Assembly (NCBI GenBank): GCA_951406725.2 | Contig: OX597835.1 | Span: 5,580,001 to 5,644,000, forward strand | Length of the DNA stretch: 64,000 bases | Source: Octopus vulgaris | Lineage: Eukaryota | Direction of reading: 5' to 3' | Position numbers and translations under genes: made by a program | The notes under the pieces: generated by a model | Database searches by the model: none | Told to the model about the DNA's origin: nothing | What the model saw: the letters and a program-made list of their open reading frames with translations, nothing else | Shown: piece after piece, positions 13,036 through 25,162 of the stretch | How positions within the stretch are numbered: the stretch's first letter is position 1 | How the letters are laid out: each line of letters starts with the position of its first letter

Positions 13036-13448
13036 AATTAACGAAGTTGACATTATTTTATACCTCGTACTCAAAAGTTTCATGTACCAAATTGAGTCCC
13101 CAGTGTGTGGTCGCCCGACCTGCTAGAAATACTAACCAACTTGCGATCAGATCACACGTTATACCTTATGAAATATAAGGATGATTCAGAAAAAAAGTAC
13201 AAAGAGACTTGGTTGAATATAGTGGAAATTCCTTTGACCATTGGACTGTTTAATGCAGAATTTCTTTCAGGACTGCTACCACCAACGACAAGAACAACCT
13301 CACCTAACGACTGTAATACCAATAATCTAACAACCAACCCATGTAATTAACGAAGTAGACATTATTTTATACCTCGTACTCAAAAGTTTCATGTACCAAA
13401 TAGAGTCCCCAGTGTGTGGTCGCTCGACCTGCTAGAAATACTAACCAA
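12993..13448 (+). repeat. ~147-bp direct duplication (12993-13139 and 13302-13448)
   Basis: acctaacgactgtaataccaataatctaacaa...gacctgctagaaatactaaccaa occurs twice, nearly identical. Confidence 0.9.
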
Positions 13449-13509
13449 TTCGCATTTTGTCCGGCCTGCTAACGATTCAGCCGATATCAAAACAGAAAAA
13501 AAAAATCAA

Positions 13510-13657
13510 CGTGGTAAGTAGCTTGTTTACCAACCACATGGTCCCGGTTCAGTCCCACTGCGTGGCACCTTGGGCAAGTGTCTTCTGCTATAGCCCCGGG
13601 CCGACCAAAGCCTTGTGAGTGGATTTGGTAGACGGAAACTGAAAGAAGCCCGTCGTA

Positions 13658-13711
<54 letters not shown>

Positions 13712-13932
13712 TGTGTGTGTTTGTGTATCTGTGTTTGTCCCCCTAGCATTGCTTGACAACCGATGCTGGTGTGTTTATGTCTCTGTTACTTAGCGGTTCG
13801 GCAAAAGAGACCGATAGAATAAGTACTGGGCTTACAAGAGAATAAGCCCCGGTGTCGAGTTGCTCGATTAAAAGGCCGTGCTCCAGCATGGCCGCAGTCA
13901 AAATGACTGAAACAAGTAAAAGTGTAAAAGAG
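13510..13932 (+). mobile_element. SINE family A, slightly 5'-truncated
   Basis: Near-identical to the 32888 and 46379 copies. Confidence 0.9.
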
Positions 13933-14254
13933 TAACAAATCAACAATGAGAGCAACAATATTATCAAGAACAACAACAACAACAACAACAACAATAGAAA
14001 CAACACAAGAACACAGCCAGACACACACCAGCCTCGGTTTTTTTCTGTATTTTAATGGTTTCTTCGTTTGTTTATAAATTATGTCCGTAAACTGATAATC
14101 TGAAAGTAAAATCAAGAAAGCAAAAAATAGTGGAGGTGTGGGGATGGGGGTGGGGGTGGTATGTAGAAAATATTTATCGATTCGGTCTTTTCGTTCTTTC
14201 TCATTTCTTTTCTTCTTCTAACGCTGATTCATTCTTTGTTCAGGTCTTGTACAA

Positions 14255-14691
14255 ACATGTATGTATGTATGTATGTATGTATGTATGTATGTATACATGT
14301 ATGTATGTATGTATGTATGTATGTATGTATGTATGTATGTATGTATGTATGTATGTATGTATGTATGTATGCATGTATGTATGTATGTATGTATGTATGT
14401 ATGTATGTATGTATGTATGTATGTATGTATGTATGTATGTATGTATGTATGTATGTATGTATGTATGTATGTATGTATGTATGTATGTATGTATGTATGT
14501 ATGTATGTATGTATGTATGTATGTATGTATGTATGTATGTATGTATGTATGTATGTATGTATGTATGTATGTATGTATGTATGTATGTATGTATGTATGT
14601 ATGTATGTATGTATGTATGTATGTATGTATGTATGTATGTATGTATGTATGTATGTATGTATGTATGTATGTATGTATGCATGTATGAATG

Positions 14692-14752
<61 letters not shown>

Positions 14753-14949
14753 GTATGTATGCATGTATGAATGTATGTATGCATGTATGCATGTATGTAT
14801 GTATGTATGTATGTATGTATGTATGTATGTATGTATGCATGCATATATGCATGTATGTATGTATGTATGTATGTATGTATGTATGCATGTATGAATGTAT
14901 GTATGTATGTATGTATGTATGCATGCATGTATGTATGTATGTATGTATG

Positions 14950-14988
<39 letters not shown>

Positions 14989-15105
14989 GTATGCATGTAT
15001 GTATGTATGTATGTATGTATGTATGTATGTATGTATGTATGTATGTATGTATGTATGTATGTATGTATGCATGTATGTATGTATGTATGTATGTATGTAT
15101 GTATG
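14255..15105. repeat. ~850-bp (ATGT)n tetranucleotide array with (TA)n interruptions
   Basis: Direct reading. It accounts for the long MYVC/HTYI ORFs. Confidence 0.98.
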
Positions 15106-15240
15106 TACTTATTCTACCGGTCACTTTTGCCGAACTGCTAAGTTACGGAGACGTAAACGCACCAACATCGTTCGCCAAACGATGGTGGTGGTGGGGGGGA
15201 CAAACGCTGACTCACAAATACATACAAACATACATATATA
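15104..15240 (-). mobile_element. SINE family A 3'-part fragment
   Basis: gtacttattcta...ttttgccgaactgctaagttacgg...ggggggacaaac is the reverse complement of family A. Confidence 0.7.
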
Positions 15241-15360
15241 TGTGTGTGTGTGTGTGTGTATGTCTTCTATATCTTTCTTTATGAAATGTTTTCGCATTCG
15301 GTCATTGATCTGCCAAGATGTTTATACTATATATATATATATATAATATATATTTATATA

Positions 15361-15389
<29 letters not shown>

Positions 15390-15392
<3 letters not shown>

Positions 15393-15965
15393 CTCGGACG
15401 ACATTATCCAAATGTGGGGGACACCCTCAATTATAAAACCAATGTCATGTGGTTTGAAAAAATTTATCTGCTTTTTCTCGTACCTCAAGAAACTATGTCG
15501 AGGTTTCTTTCCCCATTCGTTCTTATCGATTTTCTGTTTGTAAAGCCAACCAAATTGAATTGACTTCATCCTACCAGCAACACTCCTTCCATTTCCTTTG
15601 AACTCGTCGTCTTTACGATTTTATCAGGTCAATACTACAGTTCAATATCAGTTCGTTCTAGGTCAGTGCTTCCTAAGAATTTTGGTTCAAATATGCCAAT
15701 TTGGTCTGGTAAACCTATCAACAATTTTGTAAAACCATCAACGGGTTTGTATCGAAACTGATGGAGCGTTAGAGTGTCTTGTGAGAATGTGCGTCTAGAC
15801 TGAAGACGTTTATAATTCTATTTTACAAACCAAAATACCAATTATAAGAAACGATTGAAAATGTCTCGATCTTTGGCAATAGTAGTTTTATCAGCCTCAG
15901 TCACCACAGATGTCTTTAAAATATCGTGATTTTGACGCATTAAAGATTTTAGTCCTACATATACA
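15390..15965 (-). pseudogene. Possible heavily decayed Penelope-like RT remnant
   Basis: Minus-frame GLKSL...SVVTEADKTT resembles the PLE RT N-terminal ADK motif. Many stops; weak evidence. Confidence 0.25.
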
Positions 15966-16818
15966 GAGATGGAACGGTCACAGATGGAATGTCTTTGCTT
16001 ACAGGTCTCCTCAATTAGTGCTCACTTGCTATTAAAGAACAATTTATCACTAATATGTTTTTTTATAATCCACACAGGGCTGAACACAGAGGGGACAAAT
16101 TACAAAGGAGAGCTTTTCTTTTTGGGGAGAGAAAAAAAAGGTGGGGGTAGGTTTTCGATGAAAAGGGATCTTAAAAAAAGAAAGAAAAAAGAAAAAATGA
16201 AACAGAAGCGAAAGGCTTTTAGCCTGCTAAAAATGGTAAGCAAATCTCCCACACATCGCACACAACCGCCTAAAATGAAAGACACTTTAGATAGTATAGT
16301 TCTCGGTACACTTACGAGAAAAAATAAGCAACATTTCTGGATTCAGTTGAAATAAATTTCAGTGGTAAGAAATTCAAAATTGAAAACACTGCTATATCAG
16401 GAAAATAGGAACTATTACTGTATTTAAAATATGTTAAAATGGTTTTCAAAGAACTGAGACGGGTTGAATATCCTTGATTCGAGTTGCTTTATCGGGGCTG
16501 ATTCGGGACTAAATGATAGAAACGGCAACAAAAGAAAAGGCCTACCATCCAACAAGGGAATCTCTATACAATTACTCGACTTCACAAAAAGAACTAAGTT
16601 TTGGCTATAATCGACTCAGATTTTGTCTAACTTAACAACACCGCTAGAAATAGGAAATAATTCTCCCCCAAATCATGGCTTATTATTTAACAATGAAGTG
16701 ACCTTCTTGCTTTGGATTCTAAGGAATCCTGGGAGAAAGAGTTTAGAAACTATTGATGTGGCTTTTTCTTTGTTTATTCTCTCTTCTAAATAAAGATAAA
16801 AGACATGCCACGCCTGCC

Positions 16819-17635
16819 CCTCCTCTTTTATTTTTGTATAGAAATATCTTAACAACCACCTCATTGATCGGCAAAGGTCGCAACTATAAAATATTCTGTT
16901 ATTATTGCTTTTTATTTAGCTCCAGCTCTTTAACTTTTAACAGTAGACCTAGGGTCAAAATCTCCAGTTGGGCCTACTTCAAATTTTTTGTTCTTCATAT
17001 TTAGGACGACAACATTGTCCTCCTCTTTTATTTTTCTATAGAAATATCTTAACAACCACCTCATTGATCGGCAAAGGTCGCAACTATAAAATATTCTGTT
17101 ATCATTGCTTTTTATTTAGCCCCAGCTCTAACTTTTAACAGTAGACCTAGGGTCAAAATCTCCCCAGTTGGGCCCACTTCAAATTTTTTGTTCTTCATAT
17201 TTAGGACGACAACATTGTCCTCCTCTTTTATTTTTCTATAGAAATATCTTAACAACCACCTCATTGATCGGCAAAGGTCGCAACTATAAAATATTCTGTT
17301 ATCATTGCTTTTTATTTAGCTCCAGCTCTAACTTTTAACAGTAGACCTAGGGTCAAAATCTCCAGTTGGGCCCACTTCAAATTTCTTGTTCTTCATATTT
17401 AGGACGACAACATTATCCTCCTCTTTCATTTTTGTATAGAAATATCTTAACAACCACCTCATTGATCGGCAAAGGTCGCAACTATAAAATATTCTGTTAT
17501 CATTGCTTTTTATTTAGCTCCAGCTCTAACTTTTAACAGTAGATCTAGGGTCAAAATCTCCAGTTGGGCCCACTTCAAATTTTTTGTTCTTCATATTTAG
17601 GATGACGACATTGTCCTCGTCTTTTCATTTTATTT
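16819..17635 (+). repeat. Tandem array of ~4 x 198-200-bp units
   Basis: gaaatatcttaacaaccacctcattgatcggc recurs at 16841, 17041, 17241 and 17439. Confidence 0.95.
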
Positions 17636-18411
17636 TTCAAGTCGGTGGGGTTGTGACTCGAGCGTAATTCATTGCTATTTCAAAGAAGTCGATCAAGCAC
17701 AGACGTTTCCGGCCGGTTCGTGTTGATTTTGTTTGTTTAGTAAATAAAGTCTGCCAAAATAAACCCCAGCCCCAACAACACCCTCTCCTCTAGAACAGTG
17801 AACAACTCTTCTTCACGATACATTTGTTTTCCGAGTATTAATACGGTTCAATAAAGATTCAGTTACGTTTGAAGTATTTATTTAAAACTAAGTCAATATT
17901 AAGTAGATTCGACTTTAGAATCTTCTACAGATTAAACGAACAACACCAAGGAGCGTCGACTTGCTATGAACAGCAGTCAAATACTCCTCAAAATCACAAA
18001 GCTCGATTTATTGGGTAATTGTAAAGTTCATGAGGTTAAGCTTCCTCGAATTTGCTCAACTTGATCACGCACCGCGCTAACTACTCCGTTTAGTGTTCTG
18101 GAGGTCAACAAGGCATTATATTGTGTCTGTACAGAAAAGGGTGACGAAAGTTTTCGCTGAAAGACCCACCCGTGTATATCAGTACCAGGTTACCGATAGC
18201 AGTGTATAAGTCATTATCGGGGTATCTATTGTATTGCATCTCTAATAATTTTTTAACTTATGAGGTAAAAACATAGGTATAATTAAACTTGTATATATGT
18301 ATGTTGTGCCTGCGTAAATACATACATATATACATACGCACGCACACACATATATACATGTGTGTATGTACATGTGAGTGTATGTCTGTGTGTGTACTAT
18401 GTATTCACACA

Positions 18412-18630
18412 AGTGGCGAGCTGGCAGAAACGTTAGCACGCCGGGCGAAATGCGTAGCCGTATTTCGTCTGCCGTTACGTTCTAAGTTCAAATTCCGCCG
18501 AGGTCGACTTTGCCTTTCATCCTTTCGGGGTTGGTAAATTAGCCCGAGGCTATAGTAGAAGACGCTTACCCAAGGTGCCACGCAGTGGGACTGAACCTGG
18601 AACTATGTGGTTGGTAAGCAGGCAACTAAC
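18412..18630. mobile_element. SINE family B 5' part (+, 18412-18540) fused to an inverted SINE family A 5' part (-, 18541-18630)
   Basis: Abrupt junction ggggttggtaaatt|agcccgaggctatagtagaagac. Confidence 0.8.
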
Positions 18631-18654
18631 ATACATACATACATACATACATAC

Positions 18655-18850
18655 ATAAAGTTAATCCAAACAAGAAAACAAAAACAAAAAAACAACAACG
18701 CAAGGACGTGGAACAAATAAAGTATTATTGGACGCTCAGGAAAGAAGGGAAGAAGGAGGGTTTCGACGTTTCGAGCGGAGCTCTTCGTCGGAAACATAGG
18801 AGAAGGAAAGATCCCGAGAAGGGAAGACAGGGGGAAAAATCGCTAGTGAT
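18655..18850 (-). mobile_element. Short Penelope-pLTR/retrozyme-like repeat carrying a hammerhead variant at 18760-18795
   Basis: Minus strand gtttc-CGACGAA-gagc tcc gctc-GAAA-cg-TC-gaaac. Flanked by microsatellites; related to 63245-63420. Confidence 0.6.
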
Positions 18851-19044
18851 ATATACATACATGTGTGCGTGTGTTTGTGTGTGTGATGTGTGTGTGTGTA
18901 ATTATATACGCATATTACCTTAGGGCGGAGTAAATATTAGAAGCAGGGAAATGTATAGGAAACATGGAAGACTGAACGTAAGAAGACAGAAGGAGTTACG
19001 ATGAATAAATGGCGATGAGGAACTTGGGAAATGGTAAGTTATTT

Positions 19045-19241
19045 AAGAAGAAGGAGAAGAAGAAGAAGAAGAAGAAGAAGAAGAAGAAGAAGAAGAAGAA
19101 GAAGAAGAAGAAGAAGAAGAAGAAGAAGAAGACGAAGAAGAAGAAGAAGGAGAAGAAGGAGGAGGAGAAGAAGAAGAAGAAGAAGAAGAAGGAGGAGAAG
19201 AAGAAGGAGAAGAAGAAGAAGGAGAAGAAGAAGGAGAAGAA

Positions 19242-19287
<46 letters not shown>

Positions 19288-19590
19288 GAGAAGAAGAAGA
19301 AGAAGAAGGAGAAGAAGAAGAAGAAGAAGAAGACGAAGAAGAAGAAGAAGAAGAAGAAGGAGAAGAAGAAGAAGAAGAAGAAGAAGAAGGAGAAGAAGAA
19401 GGAGAAGAAGAAGGAGAAGAAGAAGAAGAAGAAGAAGAAGAAGGAGAAGAAGAAGGAGAAGAAGAAGAAGAAGAAGAAGGAGAAGGAGAAGAAGAAGGAG
19501 AGAAGAAGAAGAAGAAGAAGAAGAACAACAACAACAACAACAAGAACAAGAAGAACAAGAAGAAGAAGAACAACAACAACAACTACAAGA
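19045..19590. repeat. ~540-bp (AAG)n/(GAG) array ending in (AAC)n
   Basis: Direct reading; source of the poly-K/R/F ORFs. Confidence 0.98.
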
Positions 19591-20125
19591 GCACCTCCAC
19601 CAACAGCAATTGAGAGTTTGAGTCCAAGTTGATTGCTTTGTTGGAATGTAGAGCGTCTTAAAGACTGGAACACAGGAATGGATTAATCATTGTGATATCA
19701 TTTTCATTTCTGTTTGATTGTTTAGTTCGACAGAAAAGTCAGATCGATTACCAGTTCTCGCCTCAACTTTTCCAACGTTTTACCGTTATAAACAACAGAC
19801 AAGTTATAGGGAAATGTTCCAACAATTAAAATACGAGCGATAACAGCTGAAAACTGTTGGCCTTCCACATTTGGCCTTCCTGGTGGTTATGAAACCCGTT
19901 TGGTTTTGGGATATATTGAAGTCCAATAATAACAGGAATTGTGTGTCTGATGTATGACCGCAATAAACATTGTCTGTTTTCGGATTCAATTACCTCACAT
20001 TCGTATTTCGTATATATATATGTGTGTGTATGTGTATGTGTGTGTGTGTGTGTGTGCCTGTGTGTGTCTGTGTGTGTGTATGTATGTTTGTATATATACG
20101 TGCGTGCGAGCTGGCACGTATATAT

Positions 20126-20354
20126 GCGGCGAGCTGTCAGAAACGTTAGCACTCCGGGCGAAATGCGTAGCCGCATTTCGTCTGCCGTTACGTTCCGGGT
20201 TCAAATTCCGCCGAGGTCGACTTTGCCTTTCATCCTTTCGGGATCGATAAATTAAGTACCAGTTACGCACTGGGGTCGATGTAATCGACTTAATACCTAT
20301 GTCTGTCCTCGTTTCTCCCCTCTGTGTTTAGCCCCTTGTGGGTAGTAAAGAAAT
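20126..20354 (+). mobile_element. Full-length SINE family B
   Basis: Matches 5211-5442; candidate TSD tatatatgcg. Confidence 0.9.
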
Positions 20355-20409
20355 ATATATGCGTGCGTTCTTGCTTTCTTCTTGGTTAAAGTGTCTTTGA
20401 CTCTTGTTT

Positions 20410-20644
20410 CTTATTTCTTTACTGCCCACAAGGGGTTACACACAGAAGGGACAAACAAGGACAGACAAACATATTAAGTCGATTATATCGACCCCAGTGC
20501 GTAACTGGTACTTATTTAATCGACCCCGAAAAGATGAAAGGCAAAGTGGACCTTGGCGGAATTTGAACTCAGAACGTAGCGGCAGACGAAATACCGCCAA
20601 GCATTTCGCCCGACGTGCTAACGTTTCTACCAGCTCACCGCCTT
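20410..20644 (-). mobile_element. Full-length SINE family B, inverted relative to 20126-20354
   Basis: Reverse complement from ttatttctttactgcccacaagggg to ccagctcaccgcc. Confidence 0.9.
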
Positions 20645-21319
20645 ATCTAAGGCGATGATAATTATGATAATGATGAAAAGGCAAATGGTTTTCTAACTCT
20701 GGACAGCAGCCATAAAATTGAAGGATTCCAGATTTTGGCACAAGGCCAGCAATTTCGGAGGTGTGGCTAAGTCGATTACATCGCCGTCAGTGCTTGACAA
20801 GTACTTATCTTAACGACTCCAAAAGAATGGAAGCATAGCTGTAATGATGACAATAATATAAATGAATGACAGCGTACACCTACTTCTGAACTGTTAGGAT
20901 CTTCAGACAAGTTCCAACGGAAACGTATTAACATCACACCTGATTACATTATACGATATTCTGCACTTCCATGAAGATCCATCATGGCGAACGGGAATTG
21001 AAATTGCAAGTACACGAAGCTGCTTGCACCTTGGACTTTCCGTATTAATTACTAAAGTCTCTGACTTCATATGTAGTTCTACGTTCTTATCTTGCCCTAA
21101 AGGTGGGATGAGAGATGTATAATTAATTCTCATCTGAGGCTCAGTCATTATTTGTCTTCTGTCTCGAGGCACAGTCACGTGATATGGAGAAATCCTTTTC
21201 TTACAAGATTTTATCGTTTTCAATGCCGATACTTAACTTCACTGACCTGAGTTGGAGAGTAAGTAGCAGAAAGATTATGCAGTTTATTAATTAAAATTCT
21301 ATTCCTTATATATGCTTAA

Positions 21320-21912
21320 TACACACATACACGCATACATATATACATACACACATACATACATACATACATACATACATACACTCATGCATACATACAT
21401 ACACACATACACACATACATACATACATACATACACTCATGCATACATACATACACACATACATACATGCATACATACACACATACATACATACACACAT
21501 ACATACATACGTACATACACACATACATACATACGTACATACACACATACATACATACATACACACATACATACATACGTACATACACACATACATACAC
21601 ACATACACACATACATACATACGTACATACACACATACATACATACGTACATACGTACATACATACATACATACATACACACATACATACATACATACAC
21701 ACATACATACACACATACATACATACACACATACATACATACACACACATACATACATACATACATACATACATACATACACACATACATACACACATAC
21801 ATACATACACACATACATACATACATACATACATACATACATACATACATACATACATACACACATACATACATACAAACATACATACATACATACATAC
21901 AAACATACATAA
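21320..21912. repeat. Degenerate (ACAT)n/(AC)n array
   Basis: Direct reading. Confidence 0.95.
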
Positions 21913-21917
21913 ATACA

Positions 21918-22316
21918 TGGAACAGGAAATATCAACCAAATATCTGATACACAAAAGGCATAGAGATGCAGGAAAGATTGTAAAGTGTGATAACCGATAC
22001 CGACATTGTGGTGTTAACACCGAAGATATCACCCATACCATAAGCAGTTGTCCGAAAATGTCATCACGGTTTTATCTACCGATGAGACATAATGTTGTAG
22101 CTTGGACGCTCTATAATGAAATCTGTCGGAAGGATAACACCGAGGACAAATAGATAAGAACCCGCAGTATGGTAGAAGCCATAGATACTCATAATAAAAA
22201 GGAGCACTGGTGGAATGTCCCAGTGAAGACCTCAATTGAATGTAAGTACAGCAGACCTGATGTAATGGTTTGGGATAGAGAAGAGAAACTGTGTACAGTT
22301 GTGGAAATTAGCTGTT
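21918..22316 (+). mobile_element. CRE/R4-like RLE LINE fragment (zinc knuckle plus endonuclease)
   Basis: EQEISTKY...CGVNTEDITHTISSC...LPMRHNVVA...WWNVPVKT...SRPDVMVWDREEKLCTVVEISC, with one internal stop. Confidence 0.85.
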
Positions 22317-22611
22317 TTACTATTTAACTCCTATATAAAGGCATGACAATCAAAATTATAGAACTATAAATCGTTAAGATAATTTTTCATTTCTAAATAA
22401 GGAACAAAAATGAGGAATAAAAAATAACAATAAGAAAAATATGAAAACGAAATATTACCTTATCTTTTTGGAAATTCCCTCTTCGCGAATCAATCATGGC
22501 TTCCAAGTGAAGAACTTAAAATCCAACCTTGAGAGCTCCGGTGTAGGGAAGATAATTCTTATTAACATTTTTATATATCTATATATATATAATTATATAT
22601 CTATATATATA

Positions 22612-22676
<65 letters not shown>

Positions 22677-23795
22677 GCATCGTTTTTGTCTCGAGAGACA
22701 ATGGAGTTGCGCATAAAATAGTCTAGTCCGGCTTTTATATATATATATATATATATATACATATATATTTATATTGATAGACAGATACATACAGACAGAC
22801 AGATAGACATCTATACTTCTAGAAAGTTATACACGTCGTGTGTGTGTGTGTGCATCTAGGGTAAGTGAGTCAGACATTTATTTTCCAAATTTCAAAGTTA
22901 GGATAACACTCATCGTTTTCACTTTTGTAAAACTGGTAATGCAAATGAATTTTTCTTCGTTGTGAATATTTCCGGTTGTGTTCGAAAACAGCTCGCAAAT
23001 ACTTTAATGCTTGAACAATATTTATTTGAATTTCCTTATAAAAATATAATTGCTACAGTTATATTTGCTTTCATTTGTTTCAAAAGTCATATGCTCGAGT
23101 GATAGTCTCACGGTATCATTCATATGATAAATTGCAAAGAACTCTCATACTCGAAGATGGCCGTTATTTTATTCAATTTATTCTGTCTTTTGTAAACATG
23201 TTTTAAAAAAGGAAAAGCAGAGATAATGACCTTATGTATACGGTTTCGTCAAAATATTTTGGCTGCTATTTTTAGCCGATCGAATGGCCACTGATCCCTT
23301 GTAGTTATGTCACCAGTTCAGTCAAGATACTCTAAGCTTAATACCCACAAATATCCTATTACAACACACATACATATACACACACTTAACACACACACGA
23401 GCGCGCATACCCGAATGCTTTATCAAAGTTGTCAGTAGAAGTAAGAGCAACAGCTGGTTAGGCATATGTTGCAGTCAATAATTAATTAATTGATCAAACA
23501 GGTAATAAACGCTTGTGCTTTTATCATGTCAACAGAGTTGTTATTTGGACTGTCTAATATGGCCAACATTCACATACCCCAAACAGTTATACATATCGTG
23601 GGTGGAGGTCATGGAACAAACGAAGATAGAACATCATGGGAAGATAATATCATGGGAAGATATATAAAATATAATATGTAAAATATTATATAAAATATAT
23701 TATATAAAATATTCTATAAAATATAATATATTATATATAAAATATAATATAATATATAATATAATATAATATAAAATATAGTATAAAATATAATA

Positions 23796-23980
23796 TCATG
23801 GGAAGATAATATCCAGAAGACATTCTTTCACAGTTGGCAATGATGTGGTTAATGTCTTCAGTTTTTGTTGTACTGAGAGTAGATTTATTATTTTCTGACT
23901 TTGGTTAAAGAAAGTATTCGATAGGGATTTCTTAATCCTGGCTTTCATAGCGGTAACCTTTAAACAGTCAATGTGAGCAT
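23796..23980 (-). mobile_element. Third CRE/R4-like LINE zinc-knuckle remnant
   Basis: Minus frame TEDINHIIANCERMSSGYYLPM aligns with EDITHTISSCPKMSSRFYLPM at about 22020. tcatgggaagata is duplicated across the (ATATA)n tract at 23660-23795. Confidence 0.65.
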
Positions 23981-24101
23981 TACTTACATTATTTACATTA
24001 TTTACATTCGACGGATATTTTTTCCTCATCTTGTTTGTTGTTAACACAACGTTTCGCCTCATATACCCTCCTGCCTTCATCAGGTGTCTTGGCGGAAAAT
24101 T
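23980..24101 (-). mobile_element. Short Penelope-pLTR-like repeat with a hammerhead motif at 24043-24088
   Basis: gacac-CTGATGA-aggcaggagggtatatgaggc-GAAA-cg-TT-gtgtt. A second, 5'-truncated copy lies on + at 42705-42786. Confidence 0.65.
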
Positions 24102-24174
24102 TCTTCTTCTTCTTCTTCTTCTTCTTCTTCTTCTTCTTCTTCTTCTTCTTCTTCTTCTTCTTCTTCTTCTTCTT

Positions 24175-24261
<87 letters not shown>
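24101..24261. repeat. (CTT)n(ATT)n compound microsatellite
   Basis: Direct reading. Confidence 0.95.
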
Positions 24262-24815
24262 GAGTGAGAGAGCAGTTCATGCCATCAAAGTGACACTGGG
24301 GTAAAATATACGAAGCCCAATATACCCATCATGACTACCCGTCTGATAAAGGTACACCAGGCACATGCATCACAACCATATGTGCGCGACATGGTGATCT
24401 CATATCAAGATAAACAGCACATGACCTTGCAGGTGGGGCCCAGTTTGAATTTTCTTCAGGTTGAGTAGCCCATCCCGCTCAAACGGTCCCCGAATAAGGG
24501 TTGTTTAAGGATGTTGAAAGAACCACCCATGTTTCCAGAGGTGAACTATTCAAACCCCAAAGCATCCCTCTCAACACATGGCTATGATGCTCCCCCACTA
24601 CTTCTGCTCGTGATCAGAGATGCACATATCGTCAGCCACTAAGGGACATGCTCAACTGGTTAAGGTAAAACAACTGACAAGCAAATCTGTGGTATTGAGC
24701 AGAATATTTGCTGTAGCCCATCTTTTATACCAAGACAAAACAATGTACATGATAACACTTCCAATCAGTTAAGATCAGAAGCCATGAGAGCCACTGCCTG
24801 GTACTGCATCAGGGC

Positions 24816-24819
<4 letters not shown>
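24262..24819 (-). mobile_element. ~555-bp non-coding element inserted within (TAA)n
   Basis: Both ends abut (ATT)n. One end (aaatgccctgatgca...cagcaaatattct) recurs at 36353-36470, also next to (AAT)n. Strand assignment is tentative. Confidence 0.75.
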
Positions 24820-24884
<65 letters not shown>

Positions 24885-24975
24885 TATTATTATTATAATT
24901 ATTATTATAATTATTATCATTATCATTATCATCATCATCATCATCATCATCCTCATCCTCATCCTCATCCTCATC

Positions 24976-25032
<57 letters not shown>

Positions 25033-25089
25033 ATTATAATTATTATCATTATCATTATCATCATCATCATCATCATCCTCATCCTCATC

Positions 25090-25146
<57 letters not shown>

Positions 25147-25162
25147 GTCGTCATCATCATCA
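24820..25162. repeat. (ATT)n/(ATC)n/(ATCCTC)n compound microsatellite, internally duplicated
   Basis: Direct reading. Confidence 0.95.

Noticed and set aside
14130-15346. Long ORFs of 150-294 aa (MYVC/HTYI repeats), and similar ones at 21306-21947 and 42130-42677
   Set aside because: They are stop-free translations of tetranucleotide microsatellites with no protein-like complexity.
16819-17635. CRISPR array
   Set aside because: Whole units repeat with no unique spacers, the context is eukaryotic, and there are no cas genes.
18996-19673. Poly-Lys/Arg/Phe/Ser ORFs
   Set aside because: They are translations of the (AAG)n array.
20903-21223. 106-aa minus-strand ORF in unique sequence
   Set aside because: No recognisable domain, and the nearby acceptor leads to stops in all three frames.
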